From Escherichia coli O157:H7 (lineage in GTDB: Bacteria > Pseudomonadota > Gammaproteobacteria > Enterobacterales > Enterobacteriaceae): a stretch of 64,000 nucleotides of DNA. This document shows positions 12,562 to 27,724 of the stretch, piece by piece. The number at the start of each line of letters is the position of its first letter. Positions within the stretch are counted from its first letter, which is position 1. The notes under the pieces were generated by a model that did not search any database, was not told the DNA's origin, and was given only the letters and a program-made list of their open reading frames with translations. Made by a program: the position numbers and the translations under genes. The stretch lies in assembly GCF_013167455.1 (NCBI RefSeq), contig NZ_CP038328.1; one strand, 5' to 3'.

Positions 12562-15107
12562 CGTCCACCTCCGGAGAACAGACCACCATCGCGCATCTGC
12601 CCGGTCACAACATCCATTGCCGCCTTACGGGCTACGTCATAAACCGCCTTCAGTGCCTGTGGCCCTATCTGACCGTTCGTGCCGTCGTTGTTAATCACCA
12701 CATGGTTATTCTGCTCAAACGTCCCGGACGCCTGCGACCGGCTGTCCGCCATGCTGCCCGGTGTACCGACATAACCGCCGGTGGCATAGCCGCGCATCAG
12801 CCGGTAAAGATTTCCTACGCCAATCCGGCTGGTTGCCTCCTTCGTGAAGACAAATTCACCACGGTGAACAATCCCCGCTGGCTCATATTTGCCGCCGGTT
12901 CCCGTAAACCCTCCGGCCGCAAAATGGAATTTCGCCGCAGCTGCCTGAATGGCTGTACCGCCTGACGCTGATGCGCCGCCGCCAATGGCGCTGCCTATAC
13001 TTCCGACAATCCCCACCATTGCCTGCTTAAGCAGAATTTCTGTCATCATGGACAGCACGGAACGGGTGAAGCTGCGCCAGTTCTGTTCACTGCCGGTCAG
13101 CATCGCCGCCATATTCTGTGCAATACCATCAAAGGTCTGCGTGGCAGCACTTTTAACCTGCGACATACTGTCCGTGGCGCTCTCTTCCCACTCACTCCAG
13201 CCTGACCTGAGGCCTGCCATCCAGCTCCCGCGAAGCTGGTCTTCAGCTGCCCAGGTCTTTTTCTGCTCTGACATGACGTTATTCAGCGCCAGAGGATTAT
13301 CGCCATACTGTTCCTTCAGGCGCTGTTCCGTGGCTTCCCGCGCTGCCTGCCGGTCAGTCAGCCCCCGGTTTTTTGCATCAATGGCGGCCCGTTTTGCCCG
13401 TTGTTGCTGTGCGAATTTATCCGCCTGCTGTGCCAGCGCGTTCAGGTGCTCCTGATAGGTGACCTTGTCGCCAAGTACAGCCAGCTGGCGTTTGTACTCC
13501 AGCGTCTCGTCTTTATGCGCCAGCAGGGATTTCTCCTGTGCGGACAGCTGGCGACGTTGTGCCGCCTCCTCCAGTACCGCGAACTGACTTTCTGCCTTCC
13601 ACAAATCCCGGCGCTGCTGGCTGATTTTCTCATTCGCTCCGGCATGCTTCTCCAGCATCCGGAGTTCTGCCTGAAGCGTCAGCAGGGCAGCATGAGCACT
13701 GTCTTCCTGACGATCGCCCGCAGACACCTTCACGCCGGACTGTTTCGGCTTTTTCAGCGTCGCTTCATAGTCCTTTTTCGCCGCCGCCATCAGCGTGTTG
13801 TAATCTGCCTGCAGGATTTTCCCGTCTTTCAGTGCCTTATTCAGTTCTTCCTGACGGGCGGTATATTTCTCCAGCGGCGTCTGCAGGCGTTCGTAAGCCT
13901 TCTGCGCCTCTTCGGTATATTTCAGCCGTGACGCTTCGGTATCGCTCTGTTGCTGCGCATTTTTGTCCTGTTGACTCTGCTGCTCAGCCTTCTTTCGGGC
14001 GGCTTCAAGCGCAAGACGGGCCTTTTCACGATCATCCCAGTAACGCGCCCGCGCTTCATCGTTAACAAAATAATCATCCTTGCGCAGATTCCAGATATCG
14101 TCCGCTTTCTTAAACGCGGCCTCTGCCTTAATCAGCATCTCCTGCGCGGTATCAGGACGACCAATATCCAGCACCGCATCCCACATGGATTTGAATGCCC
14201 GTGCTGTCCTGTCTGCCCAGGTTTCCAGCGTGCCCATGTTCTCTTTCAGGCGGCGGGTCTGGTCATCAAACCCTTTCGTCGCGGCCTCGTTCGCCGCCTG
14301 CAATGCCCCGGCTTCTTCGCCGGAACGCTGCAACTGAGCAACATACGCAATCTGCTCCGCCGTCACGTTATGGAACTGGCGCGCCATCGCTGTCAGCCCC
14401 GACGTCGGGTCAGTGGTCAGCTTCCCGAAGGCTTCAGCGACCTTGTCCACCTCCACGCCTGATGCAGAGGAGAAACGCGCCACACTCTGGCTGATGGACG
14501 CAATCTGAGCCTCACCGCTTACCCCCGCCTTAACCAGTGCGCTGAGTGACTCGCTGGTCTGGTTAAACGTCAGCCCTGCCGCCTGCCCGGCTCTGGACAG
14601 GACCAGCATACGATCTGCCGTCAGCCCGGCCTGATTGCCGGAAAGGACCAGCGTTTTGTTGAAATCGGACAGGGTTGAGTTGCCCTGATACCAGGCATAC
14701 GCCAGCGCACCGGTCGCCACCGCCAGCGAGGTGGCCCCCACCATCGGCAGGGTGATCGCACCGGCAAGCCCCCGGAACATGGGGATCATCCCGCCGAAGG
14801 AGTCCTTCACCTGCCCCCCCTGTTGCAGCAGGATCAGCCACGGACTTTGCCCACCTGCAAGCTGCGTGGCCACGTCAGTGAACTGCGCAGGCAGCATACG
14901 CATGGCGGCTTTATACTGCCCGACGGAAATTCCCGCTTTCTGTGCAGCCAGCGCCTGCCGGCTCATCGACTGTTCAACGACTGCCGCTGTTTTTTTCGCA
15001 TCACTTTCCGTACCGGAAAAATGACGCCTGACTCTGGCCATCTGCTCGTCAAATCTGGCCGCATCCAGACTTAAATCAACGACCAGATCGCCTACCGGTT
15101 CAGCCAT
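12558..15107 (-). CDS. H: Tail tape measure protein H
   Basis: 849 aa, coiled-coil rich, lambda H-like. Confidence 0.9.
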   Translation of the reverse strand: MAEPVGDLVVDLSLDAARFDEQMARVRRHFSGTESDAKKTAAVVEQSMSRQALAAQKAGISVGQYKAAMRMLPAQFTDVATQLAGGQSPWLILLQQGGQVKDSFGGMIPMFRGLAGAITLPMVGATSLAVATGALAYAWYQGNSTLSDFNKTLVLSGNQAGLTADRMLVLSRAGQAAGLTFNQTSESLSALVKAGVSGEAQIASISQSVARFSSASGVEVDKVAEAFGKLTTDPTSGLTAMARQFHNVTAEQIAYVAQLQRSGEEAGALQAANEAATKGFDDQTRRLKENMGTLETWADRTARAFKSMWDAVLDIGRPDTAQEMLIKAEAAFKKADDIWNLRKDDYFVNDEARARYWDDREKARLALEAARKKAEQQSQQDKNAQQQSDTEASRLKYTEEAQKAYERLQTPLEKYTARQEELNKALKDGKILQADYNTLMAAAKKDYEATLKKPKQSGVKVSAGDRQEDSAHAALLTLQAELRMLEKHAGANEKISQQRRDLWKAESQFAVLEEAAQRRQLSAQEKSLLAHKDETLEYKRQLAVLGDKVTYQEHLNALAQQADKFAQQQRAKRAAIDAKNRGLTDRQAAREATEQRLKEQYGDNPLALNNVMSEQKKTWAAEDQLRGSWMAGLRSGWSEWEESATDSMSQVKSAATQTFDGIAQNMAAMLTGSEQNWRSFTRSVLSMMTEILLKQAMVGIVGSIGSAIGGGASASGGTAIQAAAAKFHFAAGGFTGTGGKYEPAGIVHRGEFVFTKEATSRIGVGNLYRLMRGYATGGYVGTPGSMADSRSQASGTFEQNNHVVINNDGTNGQIGPQALKAVYDVARKAAMDVVTGQMRDGGLFSGGGR

Positions 15108-15534
15108 ACCGGACTCCTCCTGCGATCCCTTCTGATACTGTCATCAGCATTACGTCATCCTCCGTCATGTCCGCCACATCCGGGGAAGCGGGGATAACTT
15201 CATTCCCGTCCGGGCCAAAACGAACGCCTCCAGCAAGCCCTGCCGCTTTCTGCATCAGCACATCATCTTCAGGCTCTTCGTCAGCCTCACGCCGGTTCAG
15301 CAGACTGAAATCCAGCGGATGCATATCCGGATCGCTGAAAAACAGGCTGAGCACGGTGTACGTCAGCCCGGAAAAGTGCATATCCAGCAGAACATCATGA
15401 AAATAATGGGTACTGTAAAAGCGGTGCCAGTCGGCATACTCCGTGGATGACATCCCGGCAAGCATGGCACGCCAGTCGGGTCGCCCCATCTCGCGCGCCA
15501 GTTTCAGGGCAAAACTCAGCTCACCGTCGAACAC
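15100..15534 (-). CDS. T: Tail assembly chaperone T segment (expressed as G-T by -1 frameshift)
   Basis: 144 aa ORF overlapping the G 3' end in the -1 frame. Confidence 0.8.
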   Translation of the reverse strand: MFDGELSFALKLAREMGRPDWRAMLAGMSSTEYADWHRFYSTHYFHDVLLDMHFSGLTYTVLSLFFSDPDMHPLDFSLLNRREADEEPEDDVLMQKAAGLAGGVRFGPDGNEVIPASPDVADMTEDDVMLMTVSEGIAGGVRYG

Positions 15535-15938
15535 TTTCCCGCAGAAACAGGCTCTGCAGGCCCGGCGTCCTCTGCCTGTTCAGGGGCATCATTCACCACA
15601 AACTCATACATACCGGACAGCCGGTACACCACGTTTTCAGCATGAGAAATTGCCTCCGCGGGCCAGGTGGTAAGCACTTCCTGCTCAATCTGTTTAACGG
15701 CTTCATTCATGGACGGCATCTGCGTCTTCTTCGGATGGTTATGCCACAGGGACATCGCCACCACAAAAGCGCCGGTTCTGATGGCGTCTTCCACAGTAAA
15801 CTTCCGGTTGCTGTCTGACTCCGCCTGTTCTGCCTGCCGTTTCATCAGGGCGAGATGCTCAATACGCTGCAGGGCTGACAGTTCAGAAAGCGTGACGGTC
15901 ACGCCGTTATGTTCAAATGATTCGGTTTTCAGGAACAT
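15516..15938 (-). CDS. G: Tail assembly chaperone G
   Basis: 140 aa, lambda G-like. Confidence 0.85.
   Translation of the reverse strand: MFLKTESFEHNGVTVTLSELSALQRIEHLALMKRQAEQAESDSNRKFTVEDAIRTGAFVVAMSLWHNHPKKTQMPSMNEAVKQIEQEVLTTWPAEAISHAENVVYRLSGMYEFVVNDAPEQAEDAGPAEPVSAGKCSTVS
15543..15549 (-). other. Programmed -1 frameshift slippery heptamer G GGA AAG (G/GT)
   Basis: CTTTCCC on + strand = GGGAAAG on the coding strand inside the G/T overlap. Confidence 0.65.
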
Positions 15939-15953
15939 CGCTGATTCTCCGGA

Positions 15954-16694
15954 TTAACTGGCGGTGACGTTGATTTCTGCAACCGCAGCAAACTCACCAT
16001 TACCGGATACGACCGGAATGTTGACCTTGCCTGCAGCAACACCTTTCACGGTGATGGTCATACCACTGACCGACACGGTGGCTTTTGTTTTATCCGCAGA
16101 CACCGCACGGAAGCTCTTGTCGGTTGCGCCTTCCGGCTGGAATGCCACGGTCAGCGTCGTGCTCTGCCCTTTCACCACCGAGGTGCTGGCAGGCGTCACG
16201 GTCATGCCGGTTGCCGCTGTTACCGTGCTGCGATCTTCTGCCATCGACGGACGTCCCACGTTGGTGACTTTCACCGTGCGGGTGATCACTTCCTTCGCCG
16301 TCACCGCCTTACCGATACTGCTGACCCAGCCGCGGAACACATCGACCGTGCCGTTCGGGAAGCGGATTTTATAGGCACGGGTATCACCTTCATTAAACCA
16401 CGCCAGCAGCGCCTGCTGCCCCTGCTCTCCGGGCATCCACGCCAGCGTGAAGCTGGTATCTCCAGCGGATTTCTGCCCCTGTCCGGTCGCGGCCCAGTCC
16501 GCATCTTCATCATCGAGATAACTGTCGTCATAGGACTCAGCGGTCAGTTCGCCGGGCGTCAGGTCTTTAACCTTTGCCAGACGCGACCAGTCATTGTCTG
16601 AAAGCGGGTTTGCATATGGGTCGCCGTTCCCGTTATAAACCCACAGTGTGGTCCCGGCCCCTTTCACCGGTGCCAGAGGATTTGGTGTTGGCAT
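15954..16694 (-). CDS. V: Major tail protein V
   Basis: 246 aa from [12 protein letters not shown]..., C-terminal Big_2-like domain. Confidence 0.9.
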   Translation of the reverse strand: MPTPNPLAPVKGAGTTLWVYNGNGDPYANPLSDNDWSRLAKVKDLTPGELTAESYDDSYLDDEDADWAATGQGQKSAGDTSFTLAWMPGEQGQQALLAWFNEGDTRAYKIRFPNGTVDVFRGWVSSIGKAVTAKEVITRTVKVTNVGRPSMAEDRSTVTAATGMTVTPASTSVVKGQSTTLTVAFQPEGATDKSFRAVSADKTKATVSVSGMTITVKGVAAGKVNIPVVSGNGEFAAVAEINVTAS

Positions 16695-16701
16695 ATCGTC
16701 C

Positions 16702-17097
16702 TCACATTTCATAGGTAATGACATAAGTCAGATCGGCTGAACTCCACAGGCCCGCATCATCGTCGCGCCGGTAGTCATAGCCACTGGCCACCATACTGGT
16801 GATCAAATCTGATAGTGCCGGGATATCGCTCATCACCGGATAAATCCGGGACTCCATCCACGCATCCAGCTCTGAATCCGGCACCTGAGCAGGCAGGAAA
16901 ACTTCGATATGCAGCTCCGCCTGCCAGGTATCGCTGTCCAGCTCTTCGCCCGTGTATTCAGCGCCGGTGAGATAAACGGCAACTGCCGGAAAATCCGCCT
17001 CATCAAAAACAGCGGGGCGACCATCAAAAAACGTCGCCCCGGTGTCATGCTTCTCCAGTGCATCCAGTACGGCTGCACGGAGTTCAGTATGTTTCAT
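16702..17097 (-). CDS. U: Tail terminator protein U
   Basis: 131 aa, lambda U-like. Confidence 0.9.
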   Translation of the reverse strand: MKHTELRAAVLDALEKHDTGATFFDGRPAVFDEADFPAVAVYLTGAEYTGEELDSDTWQAELHIEVFLPAQVPDSELDAWMESRIYPVMSDIPALSDLITSMVASGYDYRRDDDAGLWSSADLTYVITYEM

Positions 17098-17672
17098 CGC
17101 TTTATTACCATTCTCAGTTGATGCTGCAGCGCATAGCCCAGCTCTTTCGGAAGACGTTCACGCCGTATCCGCTCAATATTCTGTTTAAACGCCGTGGTCA
17201 GCGGCACCGCCATCGGGATTTTCACCACATCAATGGGGTAACGGTTTTTCCCGGCCACACGCTGCATGACATGCCACCGGCCATTTTTCAGTTGCTGAAT
17301 AAACGCGCCGGGAATACGACGGTTTCCCACCACAAGCACGCTGCCGCCACCTTTCAGGGATGAACGCTGCCCCTTTTTACGACGCCTGCGTCGGGACAGG
17401 ACAACCCGCGCGTTACCCAGCTTGATTACGGGCAAATCCCCCCGGTTAACCTTGATTCTGGCCTGCGGATTTTTAACCGTGGCCCTTTTCAGCCTGGCCC
17501 TTTCCTTTACCAGTTTCCGGCGTACTCTTGTCTCACGGGCAACCTGTGACGCCGACTGCGATATCGCGGATGAAGCAACGCGGTTAATGGCCATTGCTGA
17601 CGCACCAGGCACCGCCGTTTTGCTGATACGACTGAGGTTTTCAACGGCCTGCTCAAGACCTTTTATGGCCAT
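17094..17672 (-). CDS. Z: Tail completion protein Z
   Basis: 192 aa, lambda Z-like. Confidence 0.9.
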   Translation of the reverse strand: MAIKGLEQAVENLSRISKTAVPGASAMAINRVASSAISQSASQVARETRVRRKLVKERARLKRATVKNPQARIKVNRGDLPVIKLGNARVVLSRRRRRKKGQRSSLKGGGSVLVVGNRRIPGAFIQQLKNGRWHVMQRVAGKNRYPIDVVKIPMAVPLTTAFKQNIERIRRERLPKELGYALQHQLRMVIKR

Positions 17673-17683
17673 ACATCCCCCCT

Positions 17684-18037
17684 TCAGCGACGACGGTTAA
17701 CGGCAGGCGGTACGCCCCGCCCAAGCCAGAGATGACAGCTTCCGCCATCATCCGTCGAAATCCGGTCTATCCAGAAGTTTTCCTCACCGATGGTCAGCGT
17801 GTCTCCACGCCGCAGTTGCCGCACATCATCAGTCCGGACAAACAGGGACGGGCTGGAGCCTTCAACACGCACGCCCTGTCCGGCATAGCTGATATTTTCA
17901 GGGTCATCAAAAACACCACGTATTACTGCGCCGGACTGCTCACCGGATGTCATGGTGGCTGACGTTCCCATGTACCCGCGTATCGTTTCATCGGCGCGGG
18001 CAATGGCAGCATCGAACAGGTTATCGAAATCAGCCAC
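17684..18037 (-). CDS. FII: Head-tail joining protein FII
   Basis: 117 aa, lambda FII-like. Confidence 0.9.
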   Translation of the reverse strand: MADFDNLFDAAIARADETIRGYMGTSATMTSGEQSGAVIRGVFDDPENISYAGQGVRVEGSSPSLFVRTDDVRQLRRGDTLTIGEENFWIDRISTDDGGSCHLWLGRGVPPAVNRRR

Positions 18038-18048
18038 AGCGCCTCCCG

Positions 18049-18447
18049 TTATTGCATTCTGGCCAGGCCGCGCTCTGTCATTTCGGCTGCCACACCGGCA
18101 GAGACACGAAACGCCGTTCCCGGCAGCACAAATGCCACAGGTTCATCCCGCGTGACGTGAAGTGCATCAGTATGCAGCTTCACCAGTGCCACGACCGTGA
18201 CCAGTTCAGACGTATCCAGAATCACGGTATCCGGCTGCGCTGATCCCACCTCATTTTCATGTCCGGTCAGCACATTTTCCCGGCTGAGAGGGGTGTCCTG
18301 ACCGGCAGTTTCATCCGTGTCATCAAGCTCCTCTTCCAGCTCTGCCACACGGAGCGCCAGTTCTTCTTTCGTCCCCGTCAGGCTGACATCACGGTTCAGT
18401 TGTTCACCCAGCGAGCGGAGACGGGCAATCAGTTCATCTTTCGTCAT
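18049..18447 (-). CDS. FI: DNA packaging protein FI
   Basis: 132 aa from MTKDELIARLRSLGEQL..., lambda FI-like. Confidence 0.85.
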   Translation of the reverse strand: MTKDELIARLRSLGEQLNRDVSLTGTKEELALRVAELEEELDDTDETAGQDTPLSRENVLTGHENEVGSAQPDTVILDTSELVTVVALVKLHTDALHVTRDEPVAFVLPGTAFRVSAGVAAEMTERGLARMQ

Positions 18448-18488
18448 GGACTCCTCCACAGAAAAACAATGGCCCCGAAGGGCCATGA

Positions 18489-19514
18489 TTACGCCAGTTG
18501 TACGGACACGAACTCATCAGGGTCAGCCAGCAGCATCAGCGGTGCTGACTGAATCATGGTGAACTCACGCGCCGGATCGCCGGTGGTCACCCAGTTTTTC
18601 GGGTAACGGGCAGAGGCGTTAATGCCTTCGCGCTGTGCGTCCGCATCCTGAATGCAGCCATAGGTGCGCAGACCGCGTGCCTGAGTGTTCCCCAGCACCA
18701 TCGTGTTGTCCGGCAGGAAGTTCTTTTTGACGCCGTTTTCCACGTACTGTCCGGAATACACGACGATGGCCACATCGCCATACATTCCCTTATAAGACAC
18801 CGCTTTGCCCAGGTCTTTTACCGCTGTCTCCAGTTCGGAATGAGAGCCGCGACGGGTATCCAGCTTCTCCCTGACGGCTTTGAAGGAACGGAACAGCGCC
18901 CAGCCTTTCGGGTCAAACACGATGATATTCACCACGCCGCTGGCGTTCAGCGCGTAGGCTTCGATATCGTCGGTCGGGTCATACGTGGACTTGTCACGCT
19001 TGCTCCACTCCGTGCCGCCGGACTGCGTGATGTTGTTCGCCGCACTGCGGCCCATATCCACCTCAACCGGATCGAAGGCTTCACCGGTCATGGTGTATTT
19101 GCCCTTGAGCACGGCAGAAACTGCCTGCATCTCTTCGACCTGAGCAATGGCCAGCTCTTCGTCACGCATGTTCTGCATGATGATGCGACGGCGGCGGTAA
19201 GCCGGGTCCGCCAGATTCTGCGGATCTTCATCCGGCAGGCGACGCAGGGTCATCTGCGGATTCACTTCATGCTTCGGCTTGACATATCCCGGCGTAAATT
19301 CAGAGGTGGAGCCGCCACGGGAACGGATAACCTCACCAGAAACAATCGGCGAAACGTACAGCGCCATGTTTACCAGTCCCGGAATTTGTGAGAGATAGAC
19401 TTTCTCCGTGGTGAAGGGATAGCTCTCACGGAAAAAGAGACGCAGAAACAGCGGATCAAACTTAAATTTCTGCTCATTTGCCGCCAGCAGTTGGGCGGTT
19501 GTGTACATCGACAT
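18489..19514 (-). CDS. E: Major capsid protein E
   Basis: 341 aa from MSMYTTAQLLAANEQKFKF..., near-identical to recalled lambda gpE. Confidence 0.95.
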   Translation of the reverse strand: MSMYTTAQLLAANEQKFKFDPLFLRLFFRESYPFTTEKVYLSQIPGLVNMALYVSPIVSGEVIRSRGGSTSEFTPGYVKPKHEVNPQMTLRRLPDEDPQNLADPAYRRRRIIMQNMRDEELAIAQVEEMQAVSAVLKGKYTMTGEAFDPVEVDMGRSAANNITQSGGTEWSKRDKSTYDPTDDIEAYALNASGVVNIIVFDPKGWALFRSFKAVREKLDTRRGSHSELETAVKDLGKAVSYKGMYGDVAIVVYSGQYVENGVKKNFLPDNTMVLGNTQARGLRTYGCIQDADAQREGINASARYPKNWVTTGDPAREFTMIQSAPLMLLADPDEFVSVQLA

Positions 19515-19569
19515 AAAAAAATCCCGTAAAAAAAGCCGCACAGGCGGCCTTTAGTGATGAAGGGTCAGG

Positions 19570-19902
19570 TTAAACGATGCTGATTGCCGTTCCGGCAAAC
19601 GCGGTCCGTTTTTTCGTCTCGTCGCTGGCAGCCTCCGGCCAGAGCACATCCTCATAACGGAACGTGCCGGACTTGTAGAACGTCAGCGTGGTGCTGGTCT
19701 GGTCAGCAGCAACCGCAAGAATGCCAACGGCAGCACCGTCGGTGGTGCCATCCCACGCAACCAGCTTACGGCTGGAGGTGTCCAGCATCAGCGGGGTCAT
19801 TGCAGGCGCTTTCGCACTCAATCCGCCGGGCGCGGTTGCGGTATGAGCCGGGTCACTGTTGCCCAGCGGCTGGTAATGGGTAAAGGTTTCTTTGCTCGTC
19901 AT
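19570..19902 (-). CDS. D: Head decoration protein D
   Basis: 110 aa from [12 protein letters not shown]..., lambda gpD-like. Confidence 0.9.
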   Translation of the reverse strand: MTSKETFTHYQPLGNSDPAHTATAPGGLSAKAPAMTPLMLDTSSRKLVAWDGTTDGAAVGILAVAADQTSTTLTFYKSGTFRYEDVLWPEAASDETKKRTAFAGTAISIV

Positions 19903-19911
19903 AAACATCCC

Positions 19912-21211
19912 TTACACTGGTGTGTTCAGCAAATCGTTAACGGCATCAGATGCCGGGTTACCTGCAGCCAGCGGTGCCGGTGCCCCCTGCATCAGACGAT
20001 CCAGCGCAGTATCACTGCGCGCCTGTGCACTCTGTGGTGCTGCGGCCAGAATGCGGCGGGCCGTTTCCACGGTCATACCGGGGGTTTCTGCCAGCACGCG
20101 GGCCTGTTCTTCGCGTCCGTGAGCCTCCTCACAGTTGAGGATCCCCATAATGCGGCTGTTTTCTGCCGCAACCGCAGCGGTGATCTGCGCGTTCACGTCC
20201 GGCTGCGCCGCGCTGGCGTTTTCGCCCTCCGTCGCTGGCACCACGCCAGTAACGTCAGCCTGCGAAGCAGTGGCTGAAACAGTTGTTGATTGAGTCTCTT
20301 TGGTCATTCGCCCTCCTGAGAGACGGGATTTACGTGCATCCAGTGCATCACGCATAACGGTGATCGCATCGGTGCTGTTGACAAGTTCATCAGCCAGTCC
20401 GGCATCAATGGCCTCCTGACCGCTGTACACTGCAGCCTCGGTATCCAGCACAGCCTGCACGGACAGGCCGGTATATGCCGACACCTTCTGCGCAAACATC
20501 CGGCGGGTTGCATCCATCCGGGACTGCAGTGTTTCCCGGACATCACCCGGTAGATGGCTGTAGGGGTTGCCATCCACCTTATGGCTGCCGCTGTAAATCA
20601 GCGTGATTTCCACGCCCTGTTTCTCCAGGGCAGCACCGTAATTACTGTGAGCCATCATGACGCCGATGGAGCCTGTCCGGGCGGTCTGCGTGACCAGACG
20701 CCGGGAGGCGGCGCTGGCAAGCAGCTGACCTGCACTGCAGTTCATGTCGTTGGCCAGCGCCCATACCGGTTTTATGTCTCGCACACGGGCGATGATGTCA
20801 GCACAGTCAAATGCTCCCGCCACCATCCCGCCCGGTGTGTCCATATCGAGCAGAATGCCGTCCACCATCGGATCGCTGGCAGCCTGTTGCAGACGGGCGA
20901 TAATGCCGTTGTAACCGGTCATTCCCGAATACGGCTGCAGCGCCCGCGTCCGGCTGACCAGCGTACCGGACACCGGCAGCACGGCGATGCCGTTCATGAC
21001 CTGATAACTCCGGGCCTGTCGTGGTCCGTCATCATCACCGGATAACGCCAGCGCCGCGGGTGCCTCTCCGGCAGTCAGGCTGTCGCCGGATACTGCATCC
21101 GTCAGGCGGCTGATCCCAAGCTGGCCTGCAAGCGCACAAAAGAAAACCCGCGCATAGGCGGGTTCAAGCATCAGCGGCTCATTAAAAGCCATGCTGGCAA
21201 TATGCGGGAGA

Positions 21212-21231
<20 letters not shown>
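19912..21231 (-). CDS. C: Head protease/minor capsid protein C (S49 family) with nested scaffold Nu3; GTG start inferred
   Basis: 439 aa from VTAELRNLPHIASMAFNE..., lambda C-like. Confidence 0.85.
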
Positions 21232-24912
<3,681 letters not shown>

Positions 24913-24938
<26 letters not shown>

Positions 24939-25458
24939 TCAGCAACCCCGGTATCAGTTCATCCAGCGCGGCTGCTTTGTTCATGGCTTTGATGATATCC
25001 CGTTTCAGGAAATCAACATGTCGGTTTTCCAGTTCCGGAAAACGCCGCTGCACCGACAGGGGGATCCCGTCGAGAATACTGGCAATTTCACCTGCGATCC
25101 GCGACAGCACGAAAGTACAGAATGCGGTTTCCACCACTTCAGCTGAGTCTCTGGCATTCTTCAGTTCCTGTGCGTCGGCCTGCGCACGCGTAAGTCGATG
25201 GCGTTCGTACTCAATAGTCCCTGGCTGGAGATCTGTCTCGCTGTCCTGCCTCAGTTCTTCAACTTCCCGGCGCAGCTTTTCGTTCTCAATTTCAGCATCC
25301 CTTTCGGCATACCATTTTATGGCGGCGGCAGAGTCATAAAGTACCTCATTACCCTTGCCACCACCCCGCAGAACGGGCATTCCCTGCTCCTGCCAGTTCT
25401 GAATGGTACGGATACTCGCGCCGAAAATGTCAGCCAGCTGCTTTTTGTTGACTTCCAT
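24913..25458 (-). CDS. nu1: Terminase small subunit Nu1
   Basis: 181 aa, lambda Nu1-like (MEVNKKQLADIFGASIRTIQNWQ...). Confidence 0.9.
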
Positions 25459-25558
25459 TGTTCATTCCACGGACAAAAACAGAGAAAGGAAACGACAGAG
25501 GCCAAAAAGCCCGTTTTCAGCACCTGTCGTTTCCTTTCTTTTCAGGGGGTGTTTTAAA

Positions 25559-25660
25559 TAAAAACATTAGGTTACGGCGAAGAAGAACGGAAACGCCTTA
25601 AACCGGAAAATTTTCATAAATAGTGAAAAACCGCGAGGTCGCCGCCCCGTAACCTGTCGG
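25559..25660 (-). other. Prophage cos site (cosN 25636..25647 = GGGCGGCGACCT on the minus strand, cosB toward Nu1)
   Basis: Reverse complement matches the recalled lambda left end GGGCGGCGACCTCGCGG...TTTATGAAAATTTTCCGGTTTAAGGCGTTTCCGTTCTTCTTCG. Confidence 0.85.
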
Positions 25661-25846
25661 ATCGCCGGAAAGGACCCGCAAAATGATAATAATTATCATC
25701 TACATGTCACAACGTGCATCTACGCCATCAAACCACGTCAAATAATCAATTATGACGCAGGTATCGTATTAATTGATCCGCATCAACTTAACGTAAAAAC
25801 AACTTCAGACAATACAAATCAGCGACACTGAATACGGGGCAACCTC

Positions 25847-26041
25847 ATGTCAACGAAGAACAGAACCCGCAGAACAACAACCCGCAACATCCGCTTTCCT
25901 AACCAAATGATTGAACAAATTAACATCGCTCTTGATCAAAAAGGGTCCGGAAATTTCTCAGCCTGGGTCATTGAAGCCTGCCGTCGGAGGCTAACGTCAG
26001 AAAAGAGAGCATATACATCAATTAAAAGTGATGAAGAATGA
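25847..26041 (+). CDS. Small prophage protein, YlcI-like (DUF3950)
   Basis: 64 aa; position and size match the DLP12 moron set. Confidence 0.45.
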   Translation: MSTKNRTRRTTTRNIRFPNQMIEQINIALDQKGSGNFSAWVIEACRRRLTSEKRAYTSIKSDEE

Positions 26042-26205
26042 ACATCCCGCGTTCTTCCCTCCGAACAGGACGATATTGTAAATTCACTTAATTACGAGGG
26101 CATTGCAGTAATTGAGTTGCAGTTTTACCACTTTCCTGACAGTGACAGACTGCGTGTTGGCTCTGTCACAGGTTAAGTAGTTTGAATGATTAGCAGTTAT
26201 GGTGA

Positions 26206-26412
26206 TCAGTCAACCACCAGGGAATAATCCTTCATATTATTATCGTGCTTCACCAACGCTGCCTCAATTGCCCTGAATGCTTCCAGAGACACCTTATGTT
26301 CTATACATGCAATTACAACATCAGGGTAACTCATAGAAATGGTGCTATTAAGCATATTTTTTACACGAATCAGATCCACGGAGGGATCATCAGCAGATTG
26401 TTCTTTATTCAT
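26206..26412 (-). CDS. Small prophage protein, YbcW-like
   Basis: 68 aa ORF in the AT-rich moron region. Confidence 0.4.
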
Positions 26413-26697
26413 TTTGTCGCTCCATGCGCTTGCTCTTCATCTAGCGGTTAAAATATTACTTCAAATCTTTCTGTATGAAGATTTGAGCACGTTGGCCTTA
26501 CATACATCTGTCGGTTGTATTTCCCTCCAGAATGCCAGCAGGACCGCACTTTGTTACGCAACCAATACTATTAATTGAAAACATTCCTAATATTTGACAT
26601 AAATCATCAACAAAACACAAAGAGGTCAGACCAGATTGAAACGATAAAAACGATAATGCAAACTACGCGCCCTCGTATCACATGGAAGGTTTTACCA

Positions 26698-27108
26698 ATG
26701 GCTCAGGTTGCCATTTTTAAAGAAATATTCGATCAAGTGCGAAAAGATTTAAACTGTGAATTGTTTTATTCTGAACTAAAACGTCACAATGTCTCACATT
26801 ATATTTACTATCTAGCCACAGATAATATTCACATTGTGTTAGAAAACGATAACACTGTGTTAATAAAAGGACTTAAAAAGGTTGTGAATGTTAAATTCTC
26901 AAGAAATACGCATCTTATAGAAACGTCCTATGATAGGTTGAAATCAAGAGAAATCACATTTCAGCAATACAGGGAAAATCTTGCTAAAGCAGGAGTTTTC
27001 CGATGGGTTACAAATATCCACGAACATAAAAGATATTACTATGCCTTTGATAATTCATTACTATTTACTGAGAGCATTCAGAACACTACACAAATCTTTC
27101 CACGCTAA
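26698..27108 (+). CDS. DUF1398 prophage protein, YbcV-like
   Basis: 136 aa from [13 protein letters not shown]... Confidence 0.5.
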   Translation: MAQVAIFKEIFDQVRKDLNCELFYSELKRHNVSHYIYYLATDNIHIVLENDNTVLIKGLKKVVNVKFSRNTHLIETSYDRLKSREITFQQYRENLAKAGVFRWVTNIHEHKRYYYAFDNSLLFTESIQNTTQIFPR

Positions 27109-27399
27109 ATCATCACGTCCGGTTTCTTCCGTGTCAGCACCGGGGCGTTGGCATAATGCAATACGTGTACGCGCTAAACCCTGTGTGCATCGTTATTAAT
27201 TATTCCCGGACACTCCCGCAGAGGAGTTTCCCTGTCAGGGCTGCGGACATAGTTAATCCGGGAATACAGTGACGATCCTTCGCATCTGACATACATTAAT
27301 AAATATTAACAATATGAGATTTCAACTCATTGTTTAGGGTTTGTTTAATTTTCTACACATACGATTCTGCGAACTTTAAAAAGCATCGGGAATAACACC

Positions 27400-27693
27400 A
27401 TGAAAAAAATGCTACTCGCTACTGCGCTGGCCCTGCTTATTACAGGATGTGCCCAACAGACGTTTACTGTTCAAAACAAACCGGCAGCAGTAACACCAAA
27501 GGAAACCATCACCCACCATTTCTTCGTCTCTGGAATTGGGCAGAAGAAAACTGTCGATGCAGCTAAAATTTGTGGCGGCGCAGAAAATGTTGTTAAAACA
27601 GAAACCCAGCAAACATTCGTAAATGGATTGCTCGGTTTTATTACTTTAGGCATTTATACTCCGCTGGAAGCGCGTGTGTATTGCTCACAATAA
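27400..27693 (+). CDS. bor: Bor lipoprotein (serum-resistance moron)
   Basis: 97 aa, lipobox LITGC, lambda Bor-like, transcribed opposite to late genes. Confidence 0.85.
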   Translation: MKKMLLATALALLITGCAQQTFTVQNKPAAVTPKETITHHFFVSGIGQKKTVDAAKICGGAENVVKTETQQTFVNGLLGFITLGIYTPLEARVYCSQ

Positions 27694-27724
27694 TTGCATG
27701 AGCTGCCCATCGATATGGGCAGCT

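Noticed and set aside
25673-25689. 17-bp palindrome ATGATAATAATTATCAT next to the prophage cos, considered as cosQ or an operator
   Set aside because: Cannot be matched to lambda cosQ from memory; AT-rich palindromes are common here; left unannotated.
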